Shown: positions 1 through 13,893, counted from the whole stretch's first letter. The stretch: DNA of 63,934 nucleotides, filler included, from Octopus bimaculoides (GCF_001194135.2; 10 parts of 9 records of this genome joined end to end with filler, not necessarily neighbours in it); one strand, 5' to 3'. The notes: generated by a model from the sequence alone, not told the origin. Program-made: numbers and translations.

Positions 1-477
1 ATATATACTCACACACATACATGCAAACACAAACGCACATATATATATACAGCCACACACATATACCTGCACTCTATATGCACATACATATACAGTCTCT
101 CTTTCTGTCTCACACCCCCACACACAAACACATACACACACACAAGCACACACATGTTATATATGATTGGATGCACTCAATGCATGACAATGAAACCCTT
201 CAGGTTCCAGCTCTAACGTTTATTGTATTAACCCCCCCCCCCCAATTGTTGTGTTGACACATAGGTCCTTCAGAGTCAGAGGTGAACCATGACATAATGC
301 AAAGAACACACCAATATTAAGAGGAAAGGATCATTGGGCATTGACTCGGTGCTCCTTTATATCAAGTGTTACATATGTTTCAGTATTAGGCAACACATGA
401 CATCACACTCTCAATGCAATCAGGAGATATCCCCCCCCCCTATAGGGATAGCATGGCAAGCAGATGCATTGTTGTCA

Positions 478-710
478 GACGAGCTGGCAGAAACGTTAGC
501 ACGCCGGGCGAAATGCTTATCGGCATTTCGTCTGCCGTTACGTTCTGAGTTCAAATTCCACCAAGGTCAACTTTGCCTTTCATCCTTTCGGGGTTGATAA
601 ATTAAGTACCACTTAAGCACTGGGGTCGATGTAATCGACTTAATCCCTTTGTCTGTCCTTGTTTTATCCCCTCTATGTTTAGCCCCTTGTGGGCAATAAA
701 GAAATAAGAC
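478..710 (+). mobile_element. SINE family A (tRNA-derived head, Nin/Deu-like central domain), near full length
   Basis: GAGCTGGCAGAAACGTTAGCAC head, GTTCAAATTCC B-box-like motif, GCCTTTCATCCTTTCGGGGTTGATAAATTAAGTACC core; about 14 similar copies in the window. Confidence 0.85.
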
Positions 711-963
711 AGTTGAATTTTTTTTGCTTTTTCAGCTGTCTGACAACATGTTTGCTTACCATTTTGGCTCTATATAGTGCATCTACTGGTTGTGTGCATG
801 TTTTGAAGAATGTGTGAAACATATGTAATAGATGGAGAAAAGGAGCACCAAGTCAAGGGTCCATTTTCCTTATCTTTGGGAAGAGCCAAATCAAAGCATC
901 GAAATGCTGATCATGTGATACCATTTCTAATGGTCAAGACATGCAACAAGAATAAAAGAGTGA

Positions 964-1395
964 AGGCGTAGGAGTGGCTATGTGACATAGGCGTAGGAGT
1001 GGTTGTGTGGTAAGTAGCTTGCTTACCAACCATATGGTTCTGGGTTCAGTCCCACTGTGTAACACCTTGGGCAAGTGTCTTCTACTATAGCCTCGGGCCG
1101 ACCAAAGCCTTCTGAGTGGATTTGGTAGACGGGAAACTGAAAGAAGCCCATCGTATATATGTATATATATATATATGTGTGTGTGTATGTTTGTGTGTCT
1201 GTGTTTGTCCCCCCACCATTGCTTGACAACCGACGGTGGTGTATTTACGTTCCCGTCACTTAGCAGTTCGGCAAAAGAGACCGATAAAATAAGTACTAGG
1301 CTTCCAAAGAATAAGCCCTGGGGTTGATTTGCTTGACTAAAGGCGGTGCTCCAGCATGGCCACAGTCAAATGACTGAAACAAGTAAAAGAGTAGA
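964..1395 (+). mobile_element. SINE family B (tRNA-like head, CORE-like CCTTGGGCAAGTGTCTT segment, internal TA/TG tract), full length with duplicated head
   Basis: GGCGTAGGAGTGGC head present twice (964, 989), GGGTTCAGTCCC B-box-like motif, ends GACTGAAACAAGTAAAAGAG; aligns by eye to 26681 and 28710. Confidence 0.85.
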
Positions 1396-1399
1396 GAGA

Positions 1400-1592
1400 G
1401 ATGTTCGTGCTGTACATAAGATCACTCCCTCCATCAAATCAATGTTGCCTGAACAGGTGCACGGTATACCTCATGTCAGGTGTGTTGAAGTGATCACATA
1501 ACAATGTGAGATGAGGAGTTTGGCTCGAGAACACAACAAACCAACCGGTCTAGGAATTGAATTCACGATCTCATGATTGTAAGGGGAACCCA
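1400..1592 (-). mobile_element. SINE fragment related to family C (tRNA-like head)
   Basis: Reverse complement gives GAGATCGTGAATTCAATTCCTAGACC...TTGTGTTCTCGAGC, similar to the heads at 4410-4680. Confidence 0.55.
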
Positions 1593-1674
1593 TGAGGTGA
1601 TGACGATGACGATGATCATGAAGCACACATTCACAGATATTAACAACCATAGGTCTATACACAGATATATCTAC

Positions 1675-2673
1675 NNNNNNNNNNNNNNNNNNNNNNNNNN
1701 NNNNNNNNNNNNNNNNNNNNNNNNNNNNNNNNNNNNNNNNNNNNNNNNNNNNNNNNNNNNNNNNNNNNNNNNNNNNNNNNNNNNNNNNNNNNNNNNNNNN
1801 NNNNNNNNNNNNNNNNNNNNNNNNNNNNNNNNNNNNNNNNNNNNNNNNNNNNNNNNNNNNNNNNNNNNNNNNNNNNNNNNNNNNNNNNNNNNNNNNNNNN
1901 NNNNNNNNNNNNNNNNNNNNNNNNNNNNNNNNNNNNNNNNNNNNNNNNNNNNNNNNNNNNNNNNNNNNNNNNNNNNNNNNNNNNNNNNNNNNNNNNNNNN
2001 NNNNNNNNNNNNNNNNNNNNNNNNNNNNNNNNNNNNNNNNNNNNNNNNNNNNNNNNNNNNNNNNNNNNNNNNNNNNNNNNNNNNNNNNNNNNNNNNNNNN
2101 NNNNNNNNNNNNNNNNNNNNNNNNNNNNNNNNNNNNNNNNNNNNNNNNNNNNNNNNNNNNNNNNNNNNNNNNNNNNNNNNNNNNNNNNNNNNNNNNNNNN
2201 NNNNNNNNNNNNNNNNNNNNNNNNNNNNNNNNNNNNNNNNNNNNNNNNNNNNNNNNNNNNNNNNNNNNNNNNNNNNNNNNNNNNNNNNNNNNNNNNNNNN
2301 NNNNNNNNNNNNNNNNNNNNNNNNNNNNNNNNNNNNNNNNNNNNNNNNNNNNNNNNNNNNNNNNNNNNNNNNNNNNNNNNNNNNNNNNNNNNNNNNNNNN
2401 NNNNNNNNNNNNNNNNNNNNNNNNNNNNNNNNNNNNNNNNNNNNNNNNNNNNNNNNNNNNNNNNNNNNNNNNNNNNNNNNNNNNNNNNNNNNNNNNNNNN
2501 NNNNNNNNNNNNNNNNNNNNNNNNNNNNNNNNNNNNNNNNNNNNNNNNNNNNNNNNNNNNNNNNNNNNNNNNNNNNNNNNNNNNNNNNNNNNNNNNNNNN
2601 NNNNNNNNNNNNNNNNNNNNNNNNNNNNNNNNNNNNNNNNNNNNNNNNNNNNNNNNNNNNNNNNNNNNNNNNN
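1675..2673. other. Sized assembly gap (others at 5138-5225, 8460-9263, 11015-11607, 25008-25300, 29164-29779, 44490-44746, 53414-54347, 58291-58675)
   Basis: Runs of N, mostly flanked by TA/CA/CAC microsatellites. Confidence 0.98.
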
Positions 2674-2727
2674 ATATATATATATATATATATATACACA
2701 TGCACACATGTATTATACATATCTTTG

Positions 2728-2764
<37 letters not shown>

Positions 2765-3029
2765 ACATATATACACACGTAGTATATGTATTATACACAT
2801 CTTTGTGTATATATAAATACATATATATACATACATATATGTACATGTGTATGTATGTATGTGTGTCTTTGTGTTTGTTCCTCACGGGTATATTAAATAC
2901 CCTGTTACTTAATGGTTCAGCAAACAGCATCAATTTGTTTGACTAAAACCCTTCAAAGGAGTGCCCTCGCATGGCCACAGTTCATTGACTGAAATAAAAG
3001 ATGAAAGTTCAAGATACACACACACACAC

Positions 3030-3590
3030 ATCATTTTCATCGTTGAACATCTTCTTTCCATGCTGGCATGTGTTAGACAGTTCGACTGAAACTGGTAAGC
3101 CAGAGAGCTGCACCAGGTGCCAGTCTGCTTTAGCATGGATTCTATGGCTGGATACCCTTCCTAATGCTTACCACACTGAGAGTGGAATGAGAGCTTTTTA
3201 CATGCCACTAGCACAGCGGCTTTTACATCCCACTGGTACATGTGCCTGTTATGTGACACCAGCATTGGCCATGACTATGAGTTCTCTTGGCCTGATGGGT
3301 CTTCTCAAGCAAAGGTCTCGGTCACTTGTCATCGCCTCTGTGAGGCCCAACATTCAAAGATCATGCTTCACCACCTCATCCCATGTCTTCCTGAGTCTAC
3401 CTCTTCCACAGTTTACCTCCATTGTTAGAGGTCAGCACTTCTTTACACAATGGATGGTTTGACTGAGGACTGGAAAGCTGGGAGGCTGCACCAGGCTCCA
3501 ATCTGATCTGGTTTCTGCAGATGGATGCCCTTCCTAATACCAACCACTCTGAGAGTGTAGTGGTTGCTTTAATACCTCACTTAGAAACAA
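3030..3590 (-). mobile_element. SINE/LINE-tail family D ((CAT)n tail, AGGAAGGGCATCC motif), two partial tandem copies
   Basis: GGAT(A/G)CCCTTCCTAAT motif at about 3149 and 3523, CATCAT tail at 3030; similar to 17725-17930 and 62515-62684. Confidence 0.7.
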
Positions 3591-3592
3591 GC

Positions 3593-3700
3593 GAGGGTCG
3601 GTGACAGAAAGGGCATCAAGCTGTAGAAAAATCTGCCTCACTAAACTCCATCCCATTGGTGCCAGTATGAAGCAGGTGCTAAAATGGTGGTGAAGATGAT
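3593..3700 (+). mobile_element. Family D 3' fragment
   Basis: GGTGACAGAAAGGGCATCAAGCTGTAGAAAA followed by a GAT-repeat tail. Confidence 0.65.
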
Positions 3701-4060
3701 GATGATGATGAAAATGATGACAACAACTAAGATGATGATGACGATGTTGATGGTGACAGTGATGAAGTCAACAATAATTAATAGGGTGATGATGATGATG
3801 ATGATGATAATAAGAATGATATTGATGATGAAAATGACATTGATGATAATGGCAATGATGCTGATGACCATGATGACACTAATAATGATGACAATGACAA
3901 TAATAATGACAATGATGCTGAAAATAATGAAGGTGATGGTGATGACAACAATGTTGATGATGACAGCGATGGAGCTGACAATAAGAATGATGGTGATGAT
4001 GATGACAGCAATGACAACAATGATGACGGTGATGATGACAATGACGATGACGATGTCAGC
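3695..4060. repeat. Compound trinucleotide microsatellite (GAT/GAC/AAT)n
   Basis: Seen directly; produces the poly-M and poly-I ORFs. Confidence 0.95.
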
Positions 4061-4409
4061 TCCTCTCACCTCTGCCATTGTAACTCCAAACATGCCAGGC
4101 TTTGCTGCTGACTTTTCCATTATGATGCCGAACAACATTTACAGACCAAGTTCTTGCTGTTTCTTAACATCTATTAACCTTACTGACCCTTTTCGTAACC
4201 ATATTTTCAATGCAATATACATTACATGAGATGCTGGAGATTGGCACAGTCATAAGAGCATCAGACAAAATGCTTTGGAATATTTAATCTGGATCATGCA
4301 CTCTGAGTTCAAATCCAGCTGATGCCAACCTTCTCTTTCATACTTCCTTTCAGTCAATTCTTTCAGTCACTGAATTGTGGCCATTGTGTGGTGGCATGTG
4401 ACTTTGTGG

Positions 4410-4680
4410 TTAAGGTGTTGGACTCACAATTGAAAGATTGTGGTTTCAATTCCTGAACTGAGTGACACGCTGTGTTCTTGGGCAAAACACTTCATTTCAT
4501 GTTGCTCCAGTCCACCCATCCGGTGAAAATGTGTAATTCTGTGACAGACTGGTGTCCTATCCAGATGGGGAATATACATGCCATGAAACCAGGAAACCAG
4601 CCCAAATGAGTGGTTTCAATTCCTGGACCAGACGACACGTTGTGTTGTTAAGCAAAACACTCCACTTCACGTTGCTCTGC
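4410..4680 (+). mobile_element. Two tandem family C-like SINE heads
   Basis: GTGGTTTCAATTCCTG...GACACG(C/T)TGTGTT...GCAAAACACT...TTCA(T/C)GTTGCTC occurs at 4440-4507 and again at 4611-4678. Confidence 0.7.
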
Positions 4681-4854
4681 AATAATTAAGGTGATGAGGG
4701 TTGGTGACAGAAAGGGCATCAAGCTGTAGAAAAATCTGCCTCACTAAACTCCATCCCATTGGTGCCAATGTATCATACATAAACTAAGAACTAAAAGAGT
4801 ATACAATAAATAACAATAGAGAAGAGTAGAGAGATGAGTACAGGCAGCAGGCAT

Positions 4855-6560
<1,706 letters not shown>

Positions 6561-6840
6561 AGTCATCAGAAATTGTTTAATGAAAAAGTATCTTCCATTC
6601 AGCCATGTCTGATGACTTCCAATTTACATTTCCATATTTGACAGTTCTTTTTTAACAAGTAACCAATCAGTAACATGAATTGGCTGCTTTGAGATTTGAT
6701 TCATAAAACTCTGTAAAGAATATAAAACACACACAACACACACCCATACCTATATAGTCTTACATATATATGTGTGTGTGTCTGTGTGTGTCTTAGATAC
6801 AGGTAAGGAGACAAGGAATGTACTTAGTGTTTCATCATTT

Positions 6841-6960
6841 ATTAGTTACAGCTGTTTCGCTACCATGCGATTTCTAACACTTGTTCGTGTAAATAACTCT
6901 GTGTGAATTTTTATGCCAAAAGTGTTTGATTATATTGGAGTTGTACCTCATCAGGCTATT
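6841..6960 (-). ncRNA. Degenerate type I hammerhead-like motif (long helix II region)
   Basis: Minus strand: CUGAUGA-G (6954-6947) ... C-GAAA-CAGCUG-UA (6859-6847); helix III is the perfect palindrome ACAGCUGU; helices I and II only partly paired. Confidence 0.4.
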
Positions 6961-7020
6961 ATCAAGATGTCCTTTTAAAGCAAAAGTGAACCAAAGGGCA
7001 CAAAGTAAGAATGCTTGTCT

Positions 7021-7150
7021 CAATATTGCTCTGATGAAGTGTCGCTCCTATGCAACCAGAAAAACATATTGCATAACATTCTACATTGAATCATTTACAT
7101 GCAAAGGTACAAAAATGGAGTGGTACTGAAACACATGTTACTAATGGTGA
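7021..7150 (+). ncRNA. Type I hammerhead-like motif with extended helix II
   Basis: CUGAUGA 7031-7037; helix II A-GUGUCGCUCC (7038-7048) pairs with GGAGUGGUAC-U (7117-7127); GAAA 7128-7131; helix III ACACAUGU; GUU site; imperfect helix I 7020-7030 with 7140-7150. Confidence 0.5.
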
Positions 7151-7202
7151 TGTTGTTTAAAATACATTCTTTGTGTCCTTTCTTGTATTATTTGTTAGTC
7201 TT

Positions 7203-7425
7203 TTGCTGGCAGAATCGTTCGTATGCTGGGCAAAATGCTTAGCAGTATTTCATCTGTCTTTACATTCTGTGTTCAAATTCTGCCAAGGTTGACTTTGCCT
7301 TTCATCTTTTCGGGGTCGATAAATTAAGTACCAGTTGTGTACTGGGGGGGGGGGGTCGATCCAATTAACTGCCCTCTTCCCCAAAACTTTTCAGGCCTTG
7401 TGCCTATAGTAGAAAGGTTTATCTG
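7203..7425 (+). mobile_element. SINE family A
   Basis: Same head and GCCTTTCATC...GGGGTCGATAAATTAAGTACC core as 478-710. Confidence 0.85.
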
Positions 7426-7609
7426 TTTCTCTTTGTAATGCTTACACACTGCTTCTATGAGTGACGTATCTGAAGTTTCTGTACCAGTCAACTTCTCAAG
7501 GGTTTCTCAAGGGTGTTAATTCACGAATGTAGATAACCAGGAATTAGGGTTGAGTGCTGCATTGACGAAATAGATAATTGGTGTATTATATATAATACAT
7601 TGATTATCT

Positions 7610-8459
7610 TCATTGGAGCAGAGGGGTGCTTCCACTGCATGGATTGTCTCTTTATTTCTGGCTCAAACTGATGAACCCAACACTCATCCTGGGTCAGGAA
7701 ACGTTCAAGGAAATCTACTAGATCTGCCTCAGACAATGTCCTACATGTTATATTCCTCCATGTTATATTCCTCCATGTTATATTCCTCCACGTTATATTC
7801 CTCCACGTTATATTCCTCCACGTATATTCCTCCACGTTATATTCCTCCACGTTATATTCCTCCATGTTATATTCCTCCATGTTATATTACCCCACGTTAT
7901 ATTCCCCCTTTTTTGTATTCCTCCATGTTATATTCCTCCATGTTATATTCAGTCTGGTGTGCTTTTGGTCAGGTGTCAGAAAACATGGCACCCACCACTG
8001 AGCAGAAACCTTCATCACAGTCAAACACCTGTCATTCATCACAATGTGGTGAACGCAATCAATCATTTCCTCAATGCAGGACGTTCAAACACTGGGTCAT
8101 CTTCAAGACTCTCCATTCACTTCCTAAATTCAGCTTCTTGCTTTCGTACTGTTGATAAAGCTGGAGATGCATCTACTAAGGTAGCAACCATGTCAGCATG
8201 AATGGCCTTAGAGTCTAAACCATTTTGCTGCCCATACTTGGTACCATGGCACAAAAATTTTGTCCATGTTTCAGAGATGTTACTATTAGTTACTTTTGAA
8301 GTCTTCTTTGAATAATCCGATGTCAGTTTACCTGGAAAGAAGGAAACACTGCTGTTATTAATTAATAAGAAGGGTTTAAAATTAATGCATGCAAGATTTC
8401 ACAGCTCTGGCATCATTCCTTCATAGTTAGCCTATGAAAGTTTCAGCCCTCCCCACTAT
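7610..8459 (-). mobile_element. Degenerate mariner transposon, 5' half, with interrupting minisatellite
   Basis: Minus translation includes FLERFLTQDECWVHQFEPEIKRQSMQWKHP (first catalytic D region); TIR-like end at 8428-8459 matches the TIRs of the 19794-21041 copy. Confidence 0.85.
7741..7950. repeat. 15-bp minisatellite (ATGTTATATTCCTCC)n, about 14 copies, inserted in mariner
   Basis: Seen directly; mariner sequence resumes on both sides. Confidence 0.92.
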
Positions 8460-9263
8460 NNNNNNNNNNNNNNNNNNNNNNNNNNNNNNNNNNNNNNNNN
8501 NNNNNNNNNNNNNNNNNNNNNNNNNNNNNNNNNNNNNNNNNNNNNNNNNNNNNNNNNNNNNNNNNNNNNNNNNNNNNNNNNNNNNNNNNNNNNNNNNNNN
8601 NNNNNNNNNNNNNNNNNNNNNNNNNNNNNNNNNNNNNNNNNNNNNNNNNNNNNNNNNNNNNNNNNNNNNNNNNNNNNNNNNNNNNNNNNNNNNNNNNNNN
8701 NNNNNNNNNNNNNNNNNNNNNNNNNNNNNNNNNNNNNNNNNNNNNNNNNNNNNNNNNNNNNNNNNNNNNNNNNNNNNNNNNNNNNNNNNNNNNNNNNNNN
8801 NNNNNNNNNNNNNNNNNNNNNNNNNNNNNNNNNNNNNNNNNNNNNNNNNNNNNNNNNNNNNNNNNNNNNNNNNNNNNNNNNNNNNNNNNNNNNNNNNNNN
8901 NNNNNNNNNNNNNNNNNNNNNNNNNNNNNNNNNNNNNNNNNNNNNNNNNNNNNNNNNNNNNNNNNNNNNNNNNNNNNNNNNNNNNNNNNNNNNNNNNNNN
9001 NNNNNNNNNNNNNNNNNNNNNNNNNNNNNNNNNNNNNNNNNNNNNNNNNNNNNNNNNNNNNNNNNNNNNNNNNNNNNNNNNNNNNNNNNNNNNNNNNNNN
9101 NNNNNNNNNNNNNNNNNNNNNNNNNNNNNNNNNNNNNNNNNNNNNNNNNNNNNNNNNNNNNNNNNNNNNNNNNNNNNNNNNNNNNNNNNNNNNNNNNNNN
9201 NNNNNNNNNNNNNNNNNNNNNNNNNNNNNNNNNNNNNNNNNNNNNNNNNNNNNNNNNNNNNNN

Positions 9264-9306
<43 letters not shown>

Positions 9307-9459
9307 CATACAGACACACATACACACACGCACATGCGCATACAATATATTGCTGTAATAATTTCATAATGATGTTTGCCCTTTGGGACAACATTTCTTG
9401 CATTATGCATTTCATATTAGAAACATTCCATTTTTTTTCTCCTGATCTGGTTTGCTTTC

Positions 9460-9467
9460 ACTATCAC

Positions 9468-9501
<34 letters not shown>

Positions 9502-10090
9502 GTTGTCACAATCAGCAGCATTTTTCTCCTCCAGCTCCTCCTTTTCATCACCACCAAAATTACGCCACCCCATGGCACCCTCACCAACACCACCACCACC
9601 ACCATCTTTACTATCGTCTTCCTTCTCCTCTTCATCATCACCTGCATTATCACTACTACCACCTCCACCACCACCACCACCATCACGATTATCATCTTCA
9701 TCAACATCCTCCTCTTCCTGGTCCTGTTCCCCCTCCTCTCATCTTTATTTTTTGCAAGTTTCTCTTCACCATTGTAAGAAACTACCAAATGCTACTACCA
9801 CCGCCACCACGACCACCACCAACGCCACCACCACCGCCACGACCACCGCCACGACCACCACCACCAAAACCACCACTACTACTACTACTACTACTATTAC
9901 TGCTGCTACTACTGCTGCTACTACCACTACCATGACTACAGCTACCACCACCACCATGACCACAATGATTATCATCATCTTCATCAACATATTCCCTATT
10001 CCTCTATTCCTCCTCTTTTCCTCCTTCCCACATCTTCATTTTTTTGCAAGTTTCTCTTCACCACTACAAGAAACTACTACTACTACTGCA
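9460..10090. repeat. Compound trinucleotide tract (CAT/CAC/CTA/CTC)n
   Basis: Seen directly; produces the poly-H/P/T ORFs. Confidence 0.92.
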
Positions 10091-10257
10091 TGTGTGTGTG
10101 TGTGTGTGTGCATTTTCCATTATTAGATTGTCAGAATGTTCCAGATCAAAACCGAAGCAAAAGACTTGTACTAAACAGAATTGCAAAATGGTTTCTTACT
10201 CTCCTTGTGCACGTTCCATGTAGCTTACAAATCTTCATATTTTATGTTGTAGAACTT

Positions 10258-10640
10258 TTATCTTTTACTTGTTTCAATCATTCGACTGTGGCCATGCTGG
10301 GGCATCACCTTTGCAGAACTTTTAGCTGAATGAATCGATCCCAGTTCTTAGTTTTAAAGCCTAGTATTTATTCTATCAATCTCTTTCGCCGAACCACTAA
10401 GTTGTAAGGATGTAAATACACCAACACCAGTTGTAAAGTAGTGCTGAGAGACAAATACAAAGCCACACACACATACACACATTGTAGGCTTCTTTCAGTT
10501 TCCATCTGCAAAGTTCACTCTCAAGGCTTTGGTTGGCCAAAGCTAAAGTAGAAGACACTTGCACAAGTTGCCATGCTGTGGGACTGAACCTGGGACCATG
10601 TAATTGGGAAGCAAGTTACTGACCACAAAGCCACGCCTGT
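10258..10640 (-). mobile_element. SINE family B
   Basis: Reverse complement of the B head (AGTAGAAGACACTTGC...GGGACTGAACC) and tail (TTTTACTTGTTTCA). Confidence 0.8.
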
Positions 10641-11774
10641 AGCCATAATAACATTTTGAATATATTTTGCTAAAATCATAACTGTGGGCAACACACACAC
10701 ACACACACACTGAAACACACACACACAAACACACACTGAAACGCACACACACAGTCATTCACACACTTGCACATACGTCCTCCTTCCCTTTCCTCTCTTA
10801 CTCTCTCTCTCTATCTTTCTCTATCACTCTCTCCAACTCTCTCCATCCATGTTCTCTTGCCCCCCCTCCATCTCTCACTCTGTTTTCTCTCTTTCTTTAT
10901 TGTCTTTCTTTTTTGTGTCTCTCTCATGACCCCCCCCCTGTTCTTTCTCACTCTCTATTCCCTCTTACCCTTGCTCTATTTGACTACTACCACCACTATC
11001 ACCACCACCATCACNNNNNNNNNNNNNNNNNNNNNNNNNNNNNNNNNNNNNNNNNNNNNNNNNNNNNNNNNNNNNNNNNNNNNNNNNNNNNNNNNNNNNN
11101 NNNNNNNNNNNNNNNNNNNNNNNNNNNNNNNNNNNNNNNNNNNNNNNNNNNNNNNNNNNNNNNNNNNNNNNNNNNNNNNNNNNNNNNNNNNNNNNNNNNN
11201 NNNNNNNNNNNNNNNNNNNNNNNNNNNNNNNNNNNNNNNNNNNNNNNNNNNNNNNNNNNNNNNNNNNNNNNNNNNNNNNNNNNNNNNNNNNNNNNNNNNN
11301 NNNNNNNNNNNNNNNNNNNNNNNNNNNNNNNNNNNNNNNNNNNNNNNNNNNNNNNNNNNNNNNNNNNNNNNNNNNNNNNNNNNNNNNNNNNNNNNNNNNN
11401 NNNNNNNNNNNNNNNNNNNNNNNNNNNNNNNNNNNNNNNNNNNNNNNNNNNNNNNNNNNNNNNNNNNNNNNNNNNNNNNNNNNNNNNNNNNNNNNNNNNN
11501 NNNNNNNNNNNNNNNNNNNNNNNNNNNNNNNNNNNNNNNNNNNNNNNNNNNNNNNNNNNNNNNNNNNNNNNNNNNNNNNNNNNNNNNNNNNNNNNNNNNN
11601 NNNNNNNACACACACACACACACACACACTCAGCTCATATATCGATTTTTGAAATATCTCCTTCATATTCACACACACACACACACTACATAATTCAGTT
11701 ATTGTTCTTTCTTCTGCCAATAAGTTTTTCAAACCCATCTCCACACATAAACCATTGTTGTTTCAGTTCCCTGA

Positions 11775-12825
11775 TAAATTATTGAGTTGTCCTCATTTCA
11801 TTCGAAATATTTGAGCTGTCCTCATTTCATAAATGTTGAGCCATCTACATTGCAAAAATATTTGAGCTGTCTTTATTTTATAAATATTTGAACTGGTTCC
11901 ATTTCAAAAAGGCTTAAGCTCAGCTGCTCTCATCACATAAATATTTCACAAATATTAGAGATGTCTTTATTTCATAAATATTTCAGCTATCCTCACTCTG
12001 CAGTAAATATTTGAGCTGTCATATTTCGTGAATGTTTGAGAAAATCTCATTTCATAGTAAATATTTGAACAGTTCTTATTTCATAAATATTTGACATGTT
12101 CTCATTTTATAAATACTTGAGTTATCCTTATTTCATGAACATTTGAGCTGTCTTCATTTCATAGTAAATATTTGAGCATTTCTTATTTCATAAATATTTG
12201 AGCTGTGTTTATTTTATAACTGTTTGAGCTGTCCCTATTTCATTAGTATCTGAGCTGTTCTTTCATATTAAATATTTGAGCTGTCCTCATTTTATAAATA
12301 TTTGAGCCGTTCTCATTTCATAAATGTTGAGCTTTTCTCATTTCATAAATGTTGAGCTTTTCTCATTTCATAAATATTTGAGCTGCTCTCATTTCACACT
12401 AAATATATGAGCTGTCCTCATCTTATAGATATTTGAGCTGCCCCCATCTTATAAATATTTGAGTTGCCCGCATTTCATAAATATTTGAGCCGTCCTAATT
12501 TTGTAATAAATATTTGAGCTGTCCTTATTCTATAAATATTTGAGCTGCTCTTATTTCATACTAAATATTTGAACTGTCCTCATTTCATACTAGATATTTG
12601 AGTTGTCCTCATTTCATAAATATTTGAGCTGTCCTCATTTTGTAATAGATATTTGAGCTGTCCTCATTTCATAAATATTTGAGCTATCCTCATTTCATAA
12701 ATATTTCAGCTGTCCTTATTCCATGAATGATGAATTATCCTCATGTCGTAGAAAACCTTTTTAGCTGCCCACCTTTTATGAACATTTGAGCCAACCTCAT
12801 TTCATTCTAAATATTTGAGTTGTTG
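11775..12825. repeat. Minisatellite, 26/29-bp unit AAATATTTGAGCTGTCCTCATTTCAT(AGT), roughly 35-40 diverged copies
   Basis: Unit read directly throughout the 1-kb tract. Confidence 0.92.
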
Positions 12826-13370
12826 ATTCCTGAGCCACAGTTCAGCTGATACTTATACATAATAGCTATTTGATCCATGCTGTTGATTTACGATGTATAT
12901 GTGTGTGTGTGTTTGCATTTGGGTTTTCGTTTCATTGCTTGACATCCAGAGTTAGTTTGTTTTCATTTCCATAACTTAGCGATTTGGTAAAAGAAACTCT
13001 GACAGAATAAATAATTAAGCCCCGGGAGTGATTTATTTGAATAAAACCCTTTAAGGAAGTCCCCGGCATAGTCACAGTCCTGTGACTGAAACAAGCAAAA
13101 GATAGAAGAAATATGATCCTTAAAAATCAAAGGACACATTACATGATGTAGGTAGATGTATGTGAACACAAAATAAGAAAAAGACAGGATGGTCACTGTT
13201 GGAATGCCTCTGATTATTGTTCTGTATGACCACGTATACCTTGAGATTTAACACCATCAACATCATCACCAGACAAAAAAAGGAATCTTCATGAAATCTA
13301 TTGATCTGCTAGAAATAGCAGCCAAATTTTCCTTACATCTTTCTCTAATTCCACCTAAAAATAGGGTGAA

Positions 13371-13568
13371 CATCCCCTTCAGTCATGACTGACCATGGGA
13401 TTGCACCTAGGAAGTTACCCTCCCAGGTACAAGTCCAGGCAAAGTTGTTTATGGAAGATCAGCAGTCACCCATGCATACCAGCCTCCCCTTCTCCACACC
13501 ACTGATGTTGTCCAAGGGAACAGCAAAAGCTGATACAGCTTAGCACCAGTGACATCACAACTCATTTG
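13371..13568 (-). mobile_element. SINE 3' fragment (further family)
   Basis: CAGTCATGACTGACCATGGGATTGCACC...ACAACTCATTT recognised as an octopus-type interspersed repeat; single copy here. Confidence 0.45.
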
Positions 13569-13569
13569 A

Positions 13570-13851
13570 GCGAGAGACCAACAAAACTCCTTGTAACACC
13601 AACGATGAACTGAAGGCAAAGATTAGGGCAGCATTCACCATCTTAAACAAGGAGACTGTCCAGAAGAGCTGCAGGAGATTCCAGTCATCTGGAGGTCATG
13701 GTTGAAGCCACAGGGGATCTTATTGTATATATTTAGTCTTTAGTATTTCCAGATATTTTTATGTAATTTCCGTAAATATATCTGTTAAAATGAGATGTCA
13801 GTGTTATTTTCATTTGTGTGTAATTTAGGTAACAATATATTCACCGCACCC

Positions 13852-13855
<4 letters not shown>
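13570..13855 (+). mobile_element. 3' end of Tc1/mariner (DD37D-like) transposon with TIR
   Basis: Translation ERETNKTPCNTNDELKAKIRAAFTILNKETVQKSCRRF resembles the C-terminus of the 19.6-kb copy; ends CACCCTG followed by TA. Confidence 0.7.

Positions 13856-13893
<38 letters not shown>

Noticed and set aside
715-960. Exon after the TTTTTGCTTTTTCAG acceptor
   Set aside because: Stops in all frames within about 90 nt and no good donor
11775-12825. Possible CRISPR-like arrays (also 7741-7950 and 34374-34545)
   Set aside because: No unique spacers, eukaryotic context and no cas genes; these are plain minisatellites
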